A stretch of DNA of 64,000 nt from Candidatus Bathyarchaeota archaeon (lineage in GTDB: Archaea; Thermoproteota; Bathyarchaeia; 40CM-2-53-6). The notes below the pieces were generated by a model. That model searched no databases. It was given only the letters and a program-made list of their open reading frames with translations, and was not told the DNA's origin. The position numbers and the translations under genes are program-made. The first letter of the stretch is position 1, and each line of letters starts with the position of its first letter. The stretch is taken from positions 2,272,001 through 2,336,000 of the forward strand of contig CAVSBL010000002.1 in the NCBI GenBank assembly GCA_963726255.1, given 5' to 3'. This document shows positions 38,825 through 48,945 of this stretch, one piece after another.

Positions 38825-39277
38825 TCAAGTTGATGTGCTGTTGGACCATGATTGAATCCGTAGGGTGGATGGGGTCCAGAGCATTTGGGCCGTGGCGTGA
38901 AGTTCGACGAGGACGGGCCCGCTATAGTAATTCTTGGCCTCCGTGCTTGTGGCGTTGAAGATTGTGAATTGGAAGGTGTGTGTTTGGAGGGGGAGTAGGG
39001 CTAGGCTTTGTGCTGGTGATTCTGACGTGTCCCAATACATGTAGATTCCCTGGTTCGTGACCAACCATACTGCCCGGTTGAGCGCCATTGGCCATGGGGT
39101 TGGGTTAGTTAGGCTAACTTCGTATGTGGGCACTTTGCTGGGCAAGAGTTGCACGGTAAGCGTTGGATTGCGGCTAGTGCTCGGCACAACCCATGGTGCA
39201 ACCGCATACGCGAGAAATATGAAGAGCAAGACGTACCCGATTGCCCTCTTACTGTTCATTTTCGTTCTCTTGCTCAT
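38825..39277 (-). CDS. Membrane-anchored hypothetical protein
   Basis: N-terminal basic stretch and TM helix, beta-rich ectodomain (LTNPTPWP). Confidence 0.6.
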   Translation of the reverse strand: MSKRTKMNSKRAIGYVLLFIFLAYAVAPWVVPSTSRNPTLTVQLLPSKVPTYEVSLTNPTPWPMALNRAVWLVTNQGIYMYWDTSESPAQSLALLPLQTHTFQFTIFNATSTEAKNYYSGPVLVELHATAQMLWTPSTLRIQSWSNSTST

Positions 39278-39534
39278 GAACTATCGGTGTGCGTGACTTC
39301 CACCCTCTGCTATCAACCTTAGGGCGAGAGCTGAAACGTTGAGGGTCAACTATCGGAGAGGCGCGTCGTAGAGACTGGGCTTGGAAGCGTTAGAGAACTG
39401 GAGCAACGGTGGTTCGTATACCAGCGTATGCGTTCACATACGACTAAACGGTATACTTGCTTTCCCTCCATCCTTCAAATATAATGACCGACATAATGCT
39501 GGAGTTATCTAGTTTCAGGGAGGTGTGTGATCAA

Positions 39535-39912
39535 ATGGATAGGACGATTGTGCACTTCGAGATTCCCGCGAACGACCCAGCTAAGCTTTCGCAGTTCTAT
39601 TCGAAGCTGTTCGGGTGGAGCTTCGAGAAATGGGAAGGCGCAGGCGCCGGGGCGGAATATTGGATGATCAAGACTAGGGCTAAGGACGATGCGATGGGGG
39701 TTAATGGTGGAATGATGAAGAGGATGGACCCGAACCAGACCCCGCTCAACTATATCATGGTTGAATCGGTTGACGACTTCAGCAAGAAACTAGTCCAACT
39801 AGGCGGGAAAATCATAATGCCAAAAACGGAGATACCGAACATGGGCCACTTCGCCGTGGCGCTGGATCCGGAAGGCAACGGCTTCGGCATCTTCGAAACA
39901 AAGGAAGAGTAG
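39535..39912 (+). CDS. VOC/glyoxalase family protein
   Basis: VHFEIPA, FYSKLFGW, DPEGN; GGAGGTG SD. Confidence 0.92.
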   Translation: MDRTIVHFEIPANDPAKLSQFYSKLFGWSFEKWEGAGAGAEYWMIKTRAKDDAMGVNGGMMKRMDPNQTPLNYIMVESVDDFSKKLVQLGGKIIMPKTEIPNMGHFAVALDPEGNGFGIFETKEE

Positions 39913-40120
39913 AACGAACTATGGAGATGGGACGAGCCCAACTCCACCCAACTTATTTTCGTAACTGAGCACACACATGAAAATACGTGGTAATTCCATC
40001 GTTGAATATCTAATTCTGGACCTCAATGCCAGACAAACCAAGCCTCTCGGGTTTCTATGCGGTAGACCAATCCGTCAAAGTAAAATTCCACAGTCCTGTA
40101 TGCCGACAGCGAGTTGATAG

Positions 40121-41305
40121 TTGTCGCACCCAATCCGCATTTTGCCCTTTCGGCGTTTGCTTGGAGTCCTGGCGATGCTGGTTTTGGCGTTTGCAGTAAT
40201 CTTTCCTCCGTTTGTAGGACCGAATTCATTGCTCAACGCTTTTCTTCAAGCATTGACGCTCGCCACGCAATTGAACGGGCAATATCGGATCACTGGCATT
40301 CTTTTGATTCTAGGCGTCTTGGGTTGTTTGGTGATCTTTGTCGGATTGATCTTGGCTCTAGCTCTCTTCTCATATGGAAAGAGGGCGACCTGGGTCAGAG
40401 CGGTAGTGCTCCTCTCAGTTGTCGGCATGCTTGTGGCAACTGTATCCTTGTTTGATTATAGCGGAGATTTCATCAGCGAGATTGTGACCGTCACGAAGGT
40501 CGGGTTCTGGCCGAGCCTCAAGTTCTTCGGAATCGGATACTTCATCTCTTGGATTATGATCGCGCTAGCATTGTATTCTTCGCGAAAGGTGCCTGTGTCT
40601 GCGGTTCAGGAATTCAAACTACCAGTCGCCCCGAGCCCTACGGAATTGATACCGATGGGGTACTCTGCTTTGGATAATTTGCTGATCGGGGGCCTCCCAG
40701 TTGGTGCCGCTGTGGTCTTGACTGGTCCACCGTGCGATGAGAAAAAACTGATTGTCAGACGGTTCCTGGAAACTAATCTTAGGAATGGCCGCCCTTGCAT
40801 ACTCCTCTCCAGCAGCCTCGACGCTGTAACAGACTTGATTCCTATATACCGTAAGGAGCTTCAGGTCATAATCTGCCACCCCCAGGCTGAAACAGTTGCT
40901 TCCAACTTTGACAGCATTGTCAAACTGAATTCGGTTGATAGCCTGACCGAAATCAACCTTGAAATCAGTAAAGCTCTCGCAAGATTGCCCTCCGGCAAAC
41001 CGTCTGTCCTTTGCTTGGACATTCTTGATGACGTTCTGCTCGAACATCATGAACGGGCAAGAAGATGGCTCATGGACATCCTAGGGAGAGGAAAATCAAC
41101 CCGTGTCACCTATCTCGCGACACTGAATCCGGCAATGCACTCTGACCAGGAATCCCAAGCGGTTCTAGAGACCTTTGACGGACACATCGAACTGTTCGAA
41201 GGAGAAATCCAAGTGAGGCCCAAGCTCATCAGAATCAAGAAACTGGCTGGGCGCAAGTTCCTAGATGAAGAACTACTCGTTCGAAGAGAAAGAATTCAGG
41301 AATGA
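40121..41305 (+). CDS. 4-TM membrane protein fused to a degenerate RAD55/KaiC-like ATPase domain
   Basis: Four TMs, then GYSALDNLLIGGLP and an altered Walker A (GPPCDEK). Confidence 0.78.
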   Translation: MSHPIRILPFRRLLGVLAMLVLAFAVIFPPFVGPNSLLNAFLQALTLATQLNGQYRITGILLILGVLGCLVIFVGLILALALFSYGKRATWVRAVVLLSVVGMLVATVSLFDYSGDFISEIVTVTKVGFWPSLKFFGIGYFISWIMIALALYSSRKVPVSAVQEFKLPVAPSPTELIPMGYSALDNLLIGGLPVGAAVVLTGPPCDEKKLIVRRFLETNLRNGRPCILLSSSLDAVTDLIPIYRKELQVIICHPQAETVASNFDSIVKLNSVDSLTEINLEISKALARLPSGKPSVLCLDILDDVLLEHHERARRWLMDILGRGKSTRVTYLATLNPAMHSDQESQAVLETFDGHIELFEGEIQVRPKLIRIKKLAGRKFLDEELLVRRERIQE

Positions 41306-41460
41306 ATTGGACTTGATCGACGGAAGTTTCATCGGCGACTACACGGAAATTTCAGTCGGTTCTGACAACGCTTTTCACGCTCTCTGGACGGACATGAACA
41401 AACAGTAGCTTGGTCGTACGGGTTCCAGTTAGTTCCAATTAGTATCCACCAACAGGACAT

Positions 41461-41703
41461 CTACCGGTCTTCACTGAGTATTTCGGGAGGGGTGGTTGAA
41501 AAATTCCTTGTAGCGTTATCGTATTCATGATTCTTGAATGCGGCTACAGATTCTCGCCTGCATCGGGGACAGATCCTAAGCTGATATCGATTGCTTGGCA
41601 GCGGGCGCTTACACCATTCGCAACACCTAACAACGAGTGGTTTCTCAGCCTGTTGTTCGGAGTCAAGTAGTAGCTCCTCAAGATCCTCAGCCAAATCCAT
41701 CAT
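41461..41703 (-). CDS. Small zinc-finger protein
   Basis: Acidic N-terminus, CEWC and CPRC. Confidence 0.45.
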   Translation of the reverse strand: MMDLAEDLEELLLDSEQQAEKPLVVRCCEWCKRPLPSNRYQLRICPRCRRESVAAFKNHEYDNATRNFSTTPPEILSEDR

Positions 41704-42031
41704 CCACAACCTCAAGTCGAAGTCAGCGGTTGCTCGGGAGAAACGAGCTATGAGACACTACCGCGAGCGAGAGGATTGTGTTGCGTGGGGCTGCGTGATA
41801 ATGGGCTTGTGTAAGAGGAAAGTGTCGTAGGCAGTATCCAAATCTTTGAGATGCCTTATCCAACCAGCATATTCCGCGTCAGTTTGAGCGAACCGTTTTG
41901 CAGCCGCCTCAATTTGCATTGTCAATCTGGACGGTTGATCGGTCTCTCCTTTGGTTATTCATTGTGTCCCCTAAGGTTCAAAGCTTTGGTGACTGAAAAT
42001 TCGGTACTGACCTGGAGGTAGAAGTGGTGCG

Positions 42032-42667
42032 ATGAAGTTCATACCTTTCAATAAGGATGCCTGGGTTGACTGGTACAAGGATGGAAGAGTAGCCGAACAT
42101 ATACCCGTCCTTGCGAGGCTTCTAAAGGAAGCCAACGCAGAAAGGGTCCTTGACTTCGGCACAGGTACAGGAAGGCATACCGTTTACCTAGCCAAGATGG
42201 GATTCGAGGTCTATGGTTTCGATTGGTCGGAAGCTTCGGTAAGAGTTGCCAACCGCGAATTAGCCAGACAAGGGCTTTCGGCTAACCTCAGGGTTTGGGA
42301 TATGACTGAGACTCCGCTTCCCTATGCGGATTCTTTCTTTGATGGCGTGATCGGAGTCCGCGTACTCCACCACACGTACGCCGAGAAGATTAGGCGGATT
42401 GCATTGGAAATTGAAAGAATCACGAAGGTTGGGGGCTTGGTGTACGTGGAGGTTCCGACGTACGAGAAGGCACTGAGGCAGAAGCTTGAGGGAATGAGGT
42501 CGAAGGAACCTGAGCCTGGAACGTTTGTGCCTTCGGAGCGTGACGAAGCCGGGATTCCGCATCACCATTGCACGAGAGTCGAATTGTTGAAGTTATTTCC
42601 AAACTTCACTGTTCGCACATTTGAGGAGTACGACGAGCACTACTGTTTTACTGGAATCAGGAATTAA
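42032..42667 (+). CDS. Class I SAM-dependent methyltransferase
   Basis: VLDFGTGTG, GFDWS, FFDGV. Confidence 0.92.
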   Translation: MKFIPFNKDAWVDWYKDGRVAEHIPVLARLLKEANAERVLDFGTGTGRHTVYLAKMGFEVYGFDWSEASVRVANRELARQGLSANLRVWDMTETPLPYADSFFDGVIGVRVLHHTYAEKIRRIALEIERITKVGGLVYVEVPTYEKALRQKLEGMRSKEPEPGTFVPSERDEAGIPHHHCTRVELLKLFPNFTVRTFEEYDEHYCFTGIRN

Positions 42668-42735
42668 CTTGCACTACGCGCAAAGATAAGGGGGACAGGT
42701 CTCGCACATAACACGATTTGATTCCAACTTCGCAA

Positions 42736-43692
42736 TTAGCCAGCCCCGACGCCCTTTAAAGCGATATAGGTGAAGAGCAAGAGTAATCCAATGATAGTTC
42801 CCCTCTTCACCACCGCAGGCGCTAGGTCCTGCTCGTTTTGCTCATAACGCAGAGCATTGATTATGGGCGCTACAAGGAATATGATGCATGGCGAGAAGAC
42901 GAGGAGAATCCAAGGTAGTCTGCCAACAAGCACAACGCTGACGAATAACGCGAAAGCCAAGAAAAGCAGTACGATGCATGCCTTGAGCGCCACCTTCTTG
43001 CCAACCAAAGTCACTGTTGTCCTTATCATGTCTCTATCAGAATCATGATCTCCAATCTCATTGACAAGCTCTACAAACATGGACAACAGGAAGAGCATAC
43101 CGCTGAACGCTACTCCCACGAAGTCAAGGGGACGATAAACGGAGTAAGCCATTAACCCATATGTGGCACTCCAGGAAGCGTGGCAGACAATATCAAGACC
43201 AGGCCTAGCCTTTGCCCTCAGACCGAAAGAATAGCCAGCAAAAAGCAGAATCACCAGAATCCCAAGCAACCTATTCAGAAAACTAAGCAGATAGACCGAT
43301 ACGATCCCCATTCCCAAAAGAACCAAAACAAGATCCCAAGCCGCACCCACAGACAAGTCACCCGAGGCTACAGGGTTGCTTAGCTTGCCAGCCTTTCTGT
43401 CAAGTTCTGTATCGGCAATATCGTTAATCACGAAGCCAAAAATGGAGGACGCTGCAACGAAAAGAAGCACTGGCAGAATTCTGCCATCGACTGGAAATCT
43501 TGCCACAAATGCACAAGCCGAGGCGGAAACCAAGTAGGATGGTCCGTACTCATGGAACCTTACGATTCGCACAATCGCGTACCACAAAGGAATTCGCTTC
43601 GTAGAAGCGAACGCTCCAACCTCGACGTTGTTCACTAAGTGATTCCCCAAATGGAAAGAGACACCAATGCCTGGTCTTCCAGCACTAACCAT
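42736..43692 (-). CDS. UbiA family prenyltransferase
   Basis: NDIADTELD and NEIGDHDSD Asp-rich motifs; multi-TM. Confidence 0.88.
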   Translation of the reverse strand: MVSAGRPGIGVSFHLGNHLVNNVEVGAFASTKRIPLWYAIVRIVRFHEYGPSYLVSASACAFVARFPVDGRILPVLLFVAASSIFGFVINDIADTELDRKAGKLSNPVASGDLSVGAAWDLVLVLLGMGIVSVYLLSFLNRLLGILVILLFAGYSFGLRAKARPGLDIVCHASWSATYGLMAYSVYRPLDFVGVAFSGMLFLLSMFVELVNEIGDHDSDRDMIRTTVTLVGKKVALKACIVLLFLAFALFVSVVLVGRLPWILLVFSPCIIFLVAPIINALRYEQNEQDLAPAVVKRGTIIGLLLLFTYIALKGVGAG

Positions 43693-43991
43693 TCAGCGCA
43701 TCAGACCAGCAACTATCATGCCAACACCAATTAGACCACGTAGAATTCTGCCCGCCTGAAAAGCCCAGGGCTGATCGGACGAACGCCAGTAGAATGTGTT
43801 TAGAAATCCGTCGGCTGACAGGTAAATGCCAGCTAACATGAGGAAAGTTGGTAGAATCAAGCTGAGTCGAAACAGCTTGCATGTTGATGAAACTAATCTG
43901 CTTTTCCTAATGACGTCAGCAGAGAAAATGCCAGTTCAAAGCAGTAACCCAGCGAGCTGGAGAGGACATTGACCGTGTTTCAACAGAAGGC

Positions 43992-44531
43992 TTAGGTCAC
44001 GCCGGCCGCGAACGAATTGTGAAGTTTCTCGAATGCGACATAGCCTTCCTCTTCACCGTAATGTTCCCGGACTCCCGAGACGAAGTCCTTCATGGATCGC
44101 CATGCCAGGTTGGTTGCGAACATGTCGGTGATGATGTCCAACTTGACAATTCCTCGGTCGACGAGCACTCCGAGAGATTCGAACAGTGCACCGATCTGGA
44201 AGAATGCTACTTGCTCTGGTTTGTTGAGTTTCAGGAAATCCTCGAAGGATGATATCTTCGAGTTGAGTACGGTTAGCCATGCAGATTGAACCTCGGCTGT
44301 GTTTGCGAATTCGTACAAGCGCATTATCAAGTCCATGTTTGCGAGTTCGTGGTTCTGCTTCAACTGATCTGTGGTTACCTTGGCTTGTATGCTGGCGGCC
44401 CGTGCTTGCTCCGTCGCAGCCTCGATGAGTGCGTTGTTCTGCCTGAGCTGAACCACAACGAAGACAACGCCGACTATTATTGCGAGCGAGCTTACGAGCG
44501 AAAGGTCGCTCGTTACGCTTCCCAAATCCAA
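43992..44531 (-). CDS. DUF4760-like protein
   Basis: N-terminal TM, coiled coil, FESLGVLV.RG. Confidence 0.7.
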   Translation of the reverse strand: MDLGSVTSDLSLVSSLAIIVGVVFVVVQLRQNNALIEAATEQARAASIQAKVTTDQLKQNHELANMDLIMRLYEFANTAEVQSAWLTVLNSKISSFEDFLKLNKPEQVAFFQIGALFESLGVLVDRGIVKLDIITDMFATNLAWRSMKDFVSGVREHYGEEEGYVAFEKLHNSFAAGVT

Positions 44532-44954
44532 ATCATCGAACCCCCATCTTGTTTGGTTAAGGTGCGTTTACGGTGTTTGGTCCTTGATTAAGTAGAAGCG
44601 GCAGTAGCCCAGAGCGCATAATTTCCAAATGCAATCACTAAACCAATTGAACGAATCCATATATTGACTACCTAGGACGAACGCAGCCTCGGACGCCGAA
44701 TTACCCAATTTGAGAACAAAAGGCGCTACGGCGTGCGCACGCTTGGAGGGACCCCCCGGGGGGGTGACTCGGTTTTCCGAGTCTGACGGGGCTTGTTTTG
44801 GCGTTTTCTTGGGATGTGGGTAATATGGCCACGTACGAGTCCAGGCGTGGACTGGTGAGGCTGTTCCTATGCTGAGCTCGTTCGCGGTGGGTGAGCATTT
44901 CGGTTACCTCCCTACCCACAAACTTGGCTTCAAGAGTAAACTCGGCCGAGCAGG

Positions 44955-45353
44955 GTGATTGAGCACCCGGTGGAGGAGTTGGCCCAACAGACCCCAGGTG
45001 CGAGCGGCAAAACGCTGGTGGTTTCGCTATCCGATGACGAGTTTGATGAGTTGCGACGAGCCATTGGCGAAGCCAACCTTCCGAACCTGTCGCTACTGGT
45101 CTTTCAGGCGATTCAGGCTGGGTTGGAGAGCGATGAGGCGCAGTGGATCCAGAGGAAGCGAACGCGAACCGTGAACATCCACGTTTCGAGAAAATTCTGG
45201 GAGAAGATTAGGTTGAAAGCACGTATGTCCTGTGTAACGCAGCAAGCACTCATCATGGTATGGTATCGTTCGCTCGACGATGTAATGAACACTCAACTCA
45301 AAATCACTAGATCCGATTTTCGGCGAACAGCGACAAACATCTCAACGAGATGA
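44955..45353 (+). CDS. Putative tandem ribbon-helix-helix DNA-binding protein
   Basis: Two RHH-like units: TLVVSLSDDEFDEL...LSLLV and TVNIHVSRKFWEKI...QQALI. Confidence 0.45.
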   Translation: MIEHPVEELAQQTPGASGKTLVVSLSDDEFDELRRAIGEANLPNLSLLVFQAIQAGLESDEAQWIQRKRTRTVNIHVSRKFWEKIRLKARMSCVTQQALIMVWYRSLDDVMNTQLKITRSDFRRTATNISTR

Positions 45354-45525
45354 AGGTCAGAAACGCAAACGACAAGGTGGTTTTAAGGATAAGACCTGTC
45401 ACTTTGACAAGGAACAGACTTCGAGGAAAATGATGCAAATGGTAACCTCGCGAAAAAGCGGAAAGCGAACGTACCGAAGAATCGCCTTCCGAAAAGGAGA
45501 AGATCTCTACCCATGGTGCGCTCCC

Positions 45526-46647
45526 ATGCCCGTTGTCAGAGTCAGAGGCAATTATCGAGAGATGGGAAACCAGCATGGAAGCCAAACCAAGAACTTGGTT
45601 CAGAGAGCCGTTCAGCACGCGTGGGCAAGTTTTCCGTCTCTTTCGAACATGAACAAATCTGAAATTTCGCAGGACCTCGAACAGTACGCCGGGAACATCA
45701 AGAAACTAAATGTTGGCTTTCTAGACGAAATGGAAGGATTAGCCACGGGCGCAGGTGTTTCCCTTGAGGACATTGTCTTCCTTAACTCACAATACGACAT
45801 GCTCCTAATGAGATGTGGCGAGAAAGCCCTACAAGCCTTGCTCTGTAGTGCGTTCGCTGCATGGGGCGACGCGACTAAGACTGGCGACCTAATCCTAGGA
45901 CACAACGATGACGGTGCACGTTTCACGGATCAATTCCTAGTTCTCCTTGATGCGACCCCGCAGACTGGACACAATTTCTGCGAGCCCGTCGTCCCAGGTA
46001 TTTTGGGATACCATGCGGTTGTAAACGACGCCGGTTTCTGTGCTGTCGGGAACGCACTCGAAAAATGCCCCCTACCAAACGAAGCCAAAGTTGGGGTTCC
46101 AATCTGGGTGATATTTAGGCAACTCGCACAATTCGGAAACAACGTGGAATCAGCTATTCAGTTTCTGCGTGGCATTAACACGGGAACGGTGTTCAGTTTC
46201 CTTTTGGCTGACAGAGAGCGAAACGCTGCTATTGTTCACCGTTCACCGGAGGACATGGTTGTAATCAGACCGAAGCAAGACTACCTTGTGATGACCAACC
46301 ACGCGTTATCGGATGAGATTAAGCCCAACCTCGTCCTGAGAGAAATTCCATCCAGTACCCATCACAGATTTGAATCGATGCAAAAGGCTGTGAAGGCTAG
46401 ACTCGGAAAGATTGACGAGAAGGCAGGAATCGAGATCATGAGCAATCACTATGATGCTTCAACGGGCAAGACCAGCCCCAGCGGAAACACTCCCTGCAGG
46501 CACTACGAATACGAAGGCCGACTCTCTGGAACATGCAGAAGCGCAGTTGTCAAATTCGGCAAAGGCAAGTCGACTCTACACATCGCCCTCGGAAACCCAT
46601 GCATAGCTCAATGGATTGAAACCAACATAAAGTATCGGCCCTCATGA
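45526..46647 (+). CDS. C45 family Ntn-hydrolase (acyl-CoA:6-APA acyltransferase-like)
   Basis: GNQHG, EMEGLATG, nucleophile CSAF, GHNDD, TNH. Confidence 0.88.
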   Translation: MPVVRVRGNYREMGNQHGSQTKNLVQRAVQHAWASFPSLSNMNKSEISQDLEQYAGNIKKLNVGFLDEMEGLATGAGVSLEDIVFLNSQYDMLLMRCGEKALQALLCSAFAAWGDATKTGDLILGHNDDGARFTDQFLVLLDATPQTGHNFCEPVVPGILGYHAVVNDAGFCAVGNALEKCPLPNEAKVGVPIWVIFRQLAQFGNNVESAIQFLRGINTGTVFSFLLADRERNAAIVHRSPEDMVVIRPKQDYLVMTNHALSDEIKPNLVLREIPSSTHHRFESMQKAVKARLGKIDEKAGIEIMSNHYDASTGKTSPSGNTPCRHYEYEGRLSGTCRSAVVKFGKGKSTLHIALGNPCIAQWIETNIKYRPS

Positions 46648-46673
46648 TTGGCATATGCGAGTGATGAAGGATT

Positions 46674-47192
46674 CTAATGTTTTTTCGTTCCTCGAGCCAG
46701 TCGTGGGTCGACATATTTCCAGTCTGTACTCAGATTCATGAAGTCATTTCGTTCCTTTTCAGTCGTTGGTATTTCCTCGAACGTACAGTACTCGTCGCCG
46801 CAGGCGGCGCAGTCATTGTGAACCTGCTTTCTACTAGGATCTACCTCCATTGTCTTGGCCGGGTCGACGTAGCAGTAGAGACCACCTAGATCAAGTTCAC
46901 CGTATTCCCGAAAGATCTTGGCGAGAACGCAGTCGTAGACCCTTCCGTTCTCACGTTCGACATAGGCGCCATACTTTGCAATGGGGTAGTCCGGCAGCCC
47001 GCGTTTCATCCTCTCACCTACCCATCGGCCATATCGCAGTATGGACTTCGTAATCAACTGTTTTCCCTTCTCTGCGCCAAATTCTTCCACAAGTGTCTTG
47101 GAGAACGCCAAATGGAGAAGCGCTATCCTCGTTATAGCCATCTCAACTTGCTCCCTTGCTTCTCCGATGAGAACGTGCTCTTCCTGTGCCAT
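46674..47192 (-). CDS. L-2-amino-thiazoline-4-carboxylate hydrolase-like protein
   Basis: CVLA...LYCYVD...GDEYC Cys triad; GAGGAGG SD. Confidence 0.75.
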   Translation of the reverse strand: MAQEEHVLIGEAREQVEMAITRIALLHLAFSKTLVEEFGAEKGKQLITKSILRYGRWVGERMKRGLPDYPIAKYGAYVERENGRVYDCVLAKIFREYGELDLGGLYCYVDPAKTMEVDPSRKQVHNDCAACGDEYCTFEEIPTTEKERNDFMNLSTDWKYVDPRLARGTKKH

Positions 47193-47455
47193 TCGTTCAG
47201 TCCTCCTCAATGTTCAAGCAAGGAACCGGAGTATGAACCCGTGAGCTTAACCATTTCGAGCTATTCTCGTAGCCTGGAACACAGCGAGTCCTAGGCGAAT
47301 GAGAGACACTGCAAATCGCGTGCTGGGCTACCAGCGCGAAGTTGTGACAGATGAAGACAGTCCAAACTGGGTTAGGTTGCTTGAAGATATCGTGAAAGAA
47401 GCAGACGTCGAGGGTGAAGGAAGTGGTGAAATATCGACCGTTCCAATTTCTTGGT

Positions 47456-48655
47456 TTAGATGCTGCCATTCACTGCTCGTATCTGACCTTTTCGCACCAC
47501 GTGAAGTATATTGCGCGGTGACAGATTTTCCGTGTTCTCAATCGGATTTCCCTTTGCAATTACAAGATCCGCATCATATCCTGGCTTTACCAATCCAGAT
47601 TTTTTTAGTCCCAAACAATCCGCCGCCCTGGATGTTGCCGCGATTAGCGCTTCGTTATTTCCGAGGTGCTTGGCTAGATTGACTATCTCGCGGTAGTTCT
47701 CTCCGTGAGGCTCCGTCTCGCATCCTACGTAGTCTGTGCCGGCTACAACTTTAAGGTGGAATTGTTTTGCGATATTCATGTCCTCGGTAAGGTGTCTCTT
47801 TGTAAGCCTGTCTCGTTCTTGATTCGTTGTGGGTTTCATGGCTAGGTAGGCGCTGAGGGTTGGCACATAGAACATTCCCCTATCGTGAATCCTTTTTGCC
47901 AGCTCAGGTGTGAGTCCGATCCCGTGTTCGATTGAGTCTACGCCTGCCTCGATTGAGTTGGCCAGAGCTTCTTCTCCGTAAGCGTGGGCTGCAACCCTCA
48001 ACCCTGCAGAATGCGCTTCCTCCACGATCGCCTTGAGTTCTTCCGCTGTAAATTGGCGGCGGACCTTGCTTCCTTGAGCGAAGCTCCCGGACGCGTAAAC
48101 CTTCACCAAGTCTCCACCATCTCGTACGACTTTTCTAACTGCTTTGCGGCATTCCCACGGTCCGTCGCAATAGTAGGAATAAGAGAGACGTTCAGCTATA
48201 TCTAGAGGAAAGATGGATGCGTCATCATTTCCTCCGGTTTGTGACAGAGATTTGGCCGCTGATACTATTCTCGGCCCTTCGATGATCCCCTCTTCGACCG
48301 CCCGTTTCAGAAATGTGCTGGCTTTGCTGCCCAAGTCTCTCACCGTGGTGAATCCGGCGTTCAAGAGTCGGCGCATATCTGCTACGGATCTCAGAGCGAC
48401 AAGGGTTTCCGGTGTCGTCACCCACTCCATCAAATCATATCTCTTTGAGCCGAAGAAGTGCATGTGCGCGTCAATAAGCCCAGGAAGAATCGTTGAGCCC
48501 TGAATGTCTATAAGGCGCGTATCCTGCGGTTCATTCACCTCGCCTTTTCGTCCTACTTCCACTATTACGCCTCGGGACTGATCTACGACAACGCACCCAC
48601 CCTCGATGAAATCGTCGCCAGTGAAAATCGAGCCACGCAGAACTAAACTTGCCAT
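47456..48655 (-). CDS. Metal-dependent amidohydrolase (Xaa-Pro dipeptidase-like)
   Basis: PGLIDAHMH, GFTTVRD, AHAYG, SIEHG, AGTD. Confidence 0.92.
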   Translation of the reverse strand: MASLVLRGSIFTGDDFIEGGCVVVDQSRGVIVEVGRKGEVNEPQDTRLIDIQGSTILPGLIDAHMHFFGSKRYDLMEWVTTPETLVALRSVADMRRLLNAGFTTVRDLGSKASTFLKRAVEEGIIEGPRIVSAAKSLSQTGGNDDASIFPLDIAERLSYSYYCDGPWECRKAVRKVVRDGGDLVKVYASGSFAQGSKVRRQFTAEELKAIVEEAHSAGLRVAAHAYGEEALANSIEAGVDSIEHGIGLTPELAKRIHDRGMFYVPTLSAYLAMKPTTNQERDRLTKRHLTEDMNIAKQFHLKVVAGTDYVGCETEPHGENYREIVNLAKHLGNNEALIAATSRAADCLGLKKSGLVKPGYDADLVIAKGNPIENTENLSPRNILHVVRKGQIRAVNGSI

Positions 48656-48864
48656 GTCTCCTTTCTTCCTATAAGAGAAGTTAAACTCTTGCAGACAATG
48701 ATAAATGCGCAATTCGGCTGTCCCTAATCAAAGGTGAGATTGCGACAGCGAACGGGTCTGGGTCACGTGATGGGCAAGCTATTGGTTTGCGTCCAAAAAG
48801 CTCGGTAGCCAGTTGTGTGTTTTCCATCGATGCTACCAATTTATTCGAATCTTGTCCATATATA

Positions 48865-48878
48865 CTAAATATATTTAG
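48865..48878. promoter_or_regulatory. 14-bp perfect palindrome in a divergent promoter
   Basis: CTAAATATATTTAG between the amidohydrolase and the dpp operon. Confidence 0.45.
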
Positions 48879-48945
48879 CAAGGCAAGATTGCAATCCAAA
48901 CCCAAACCAATTATACCGAACCCAATCCGATTACTCTGAAAAGAT

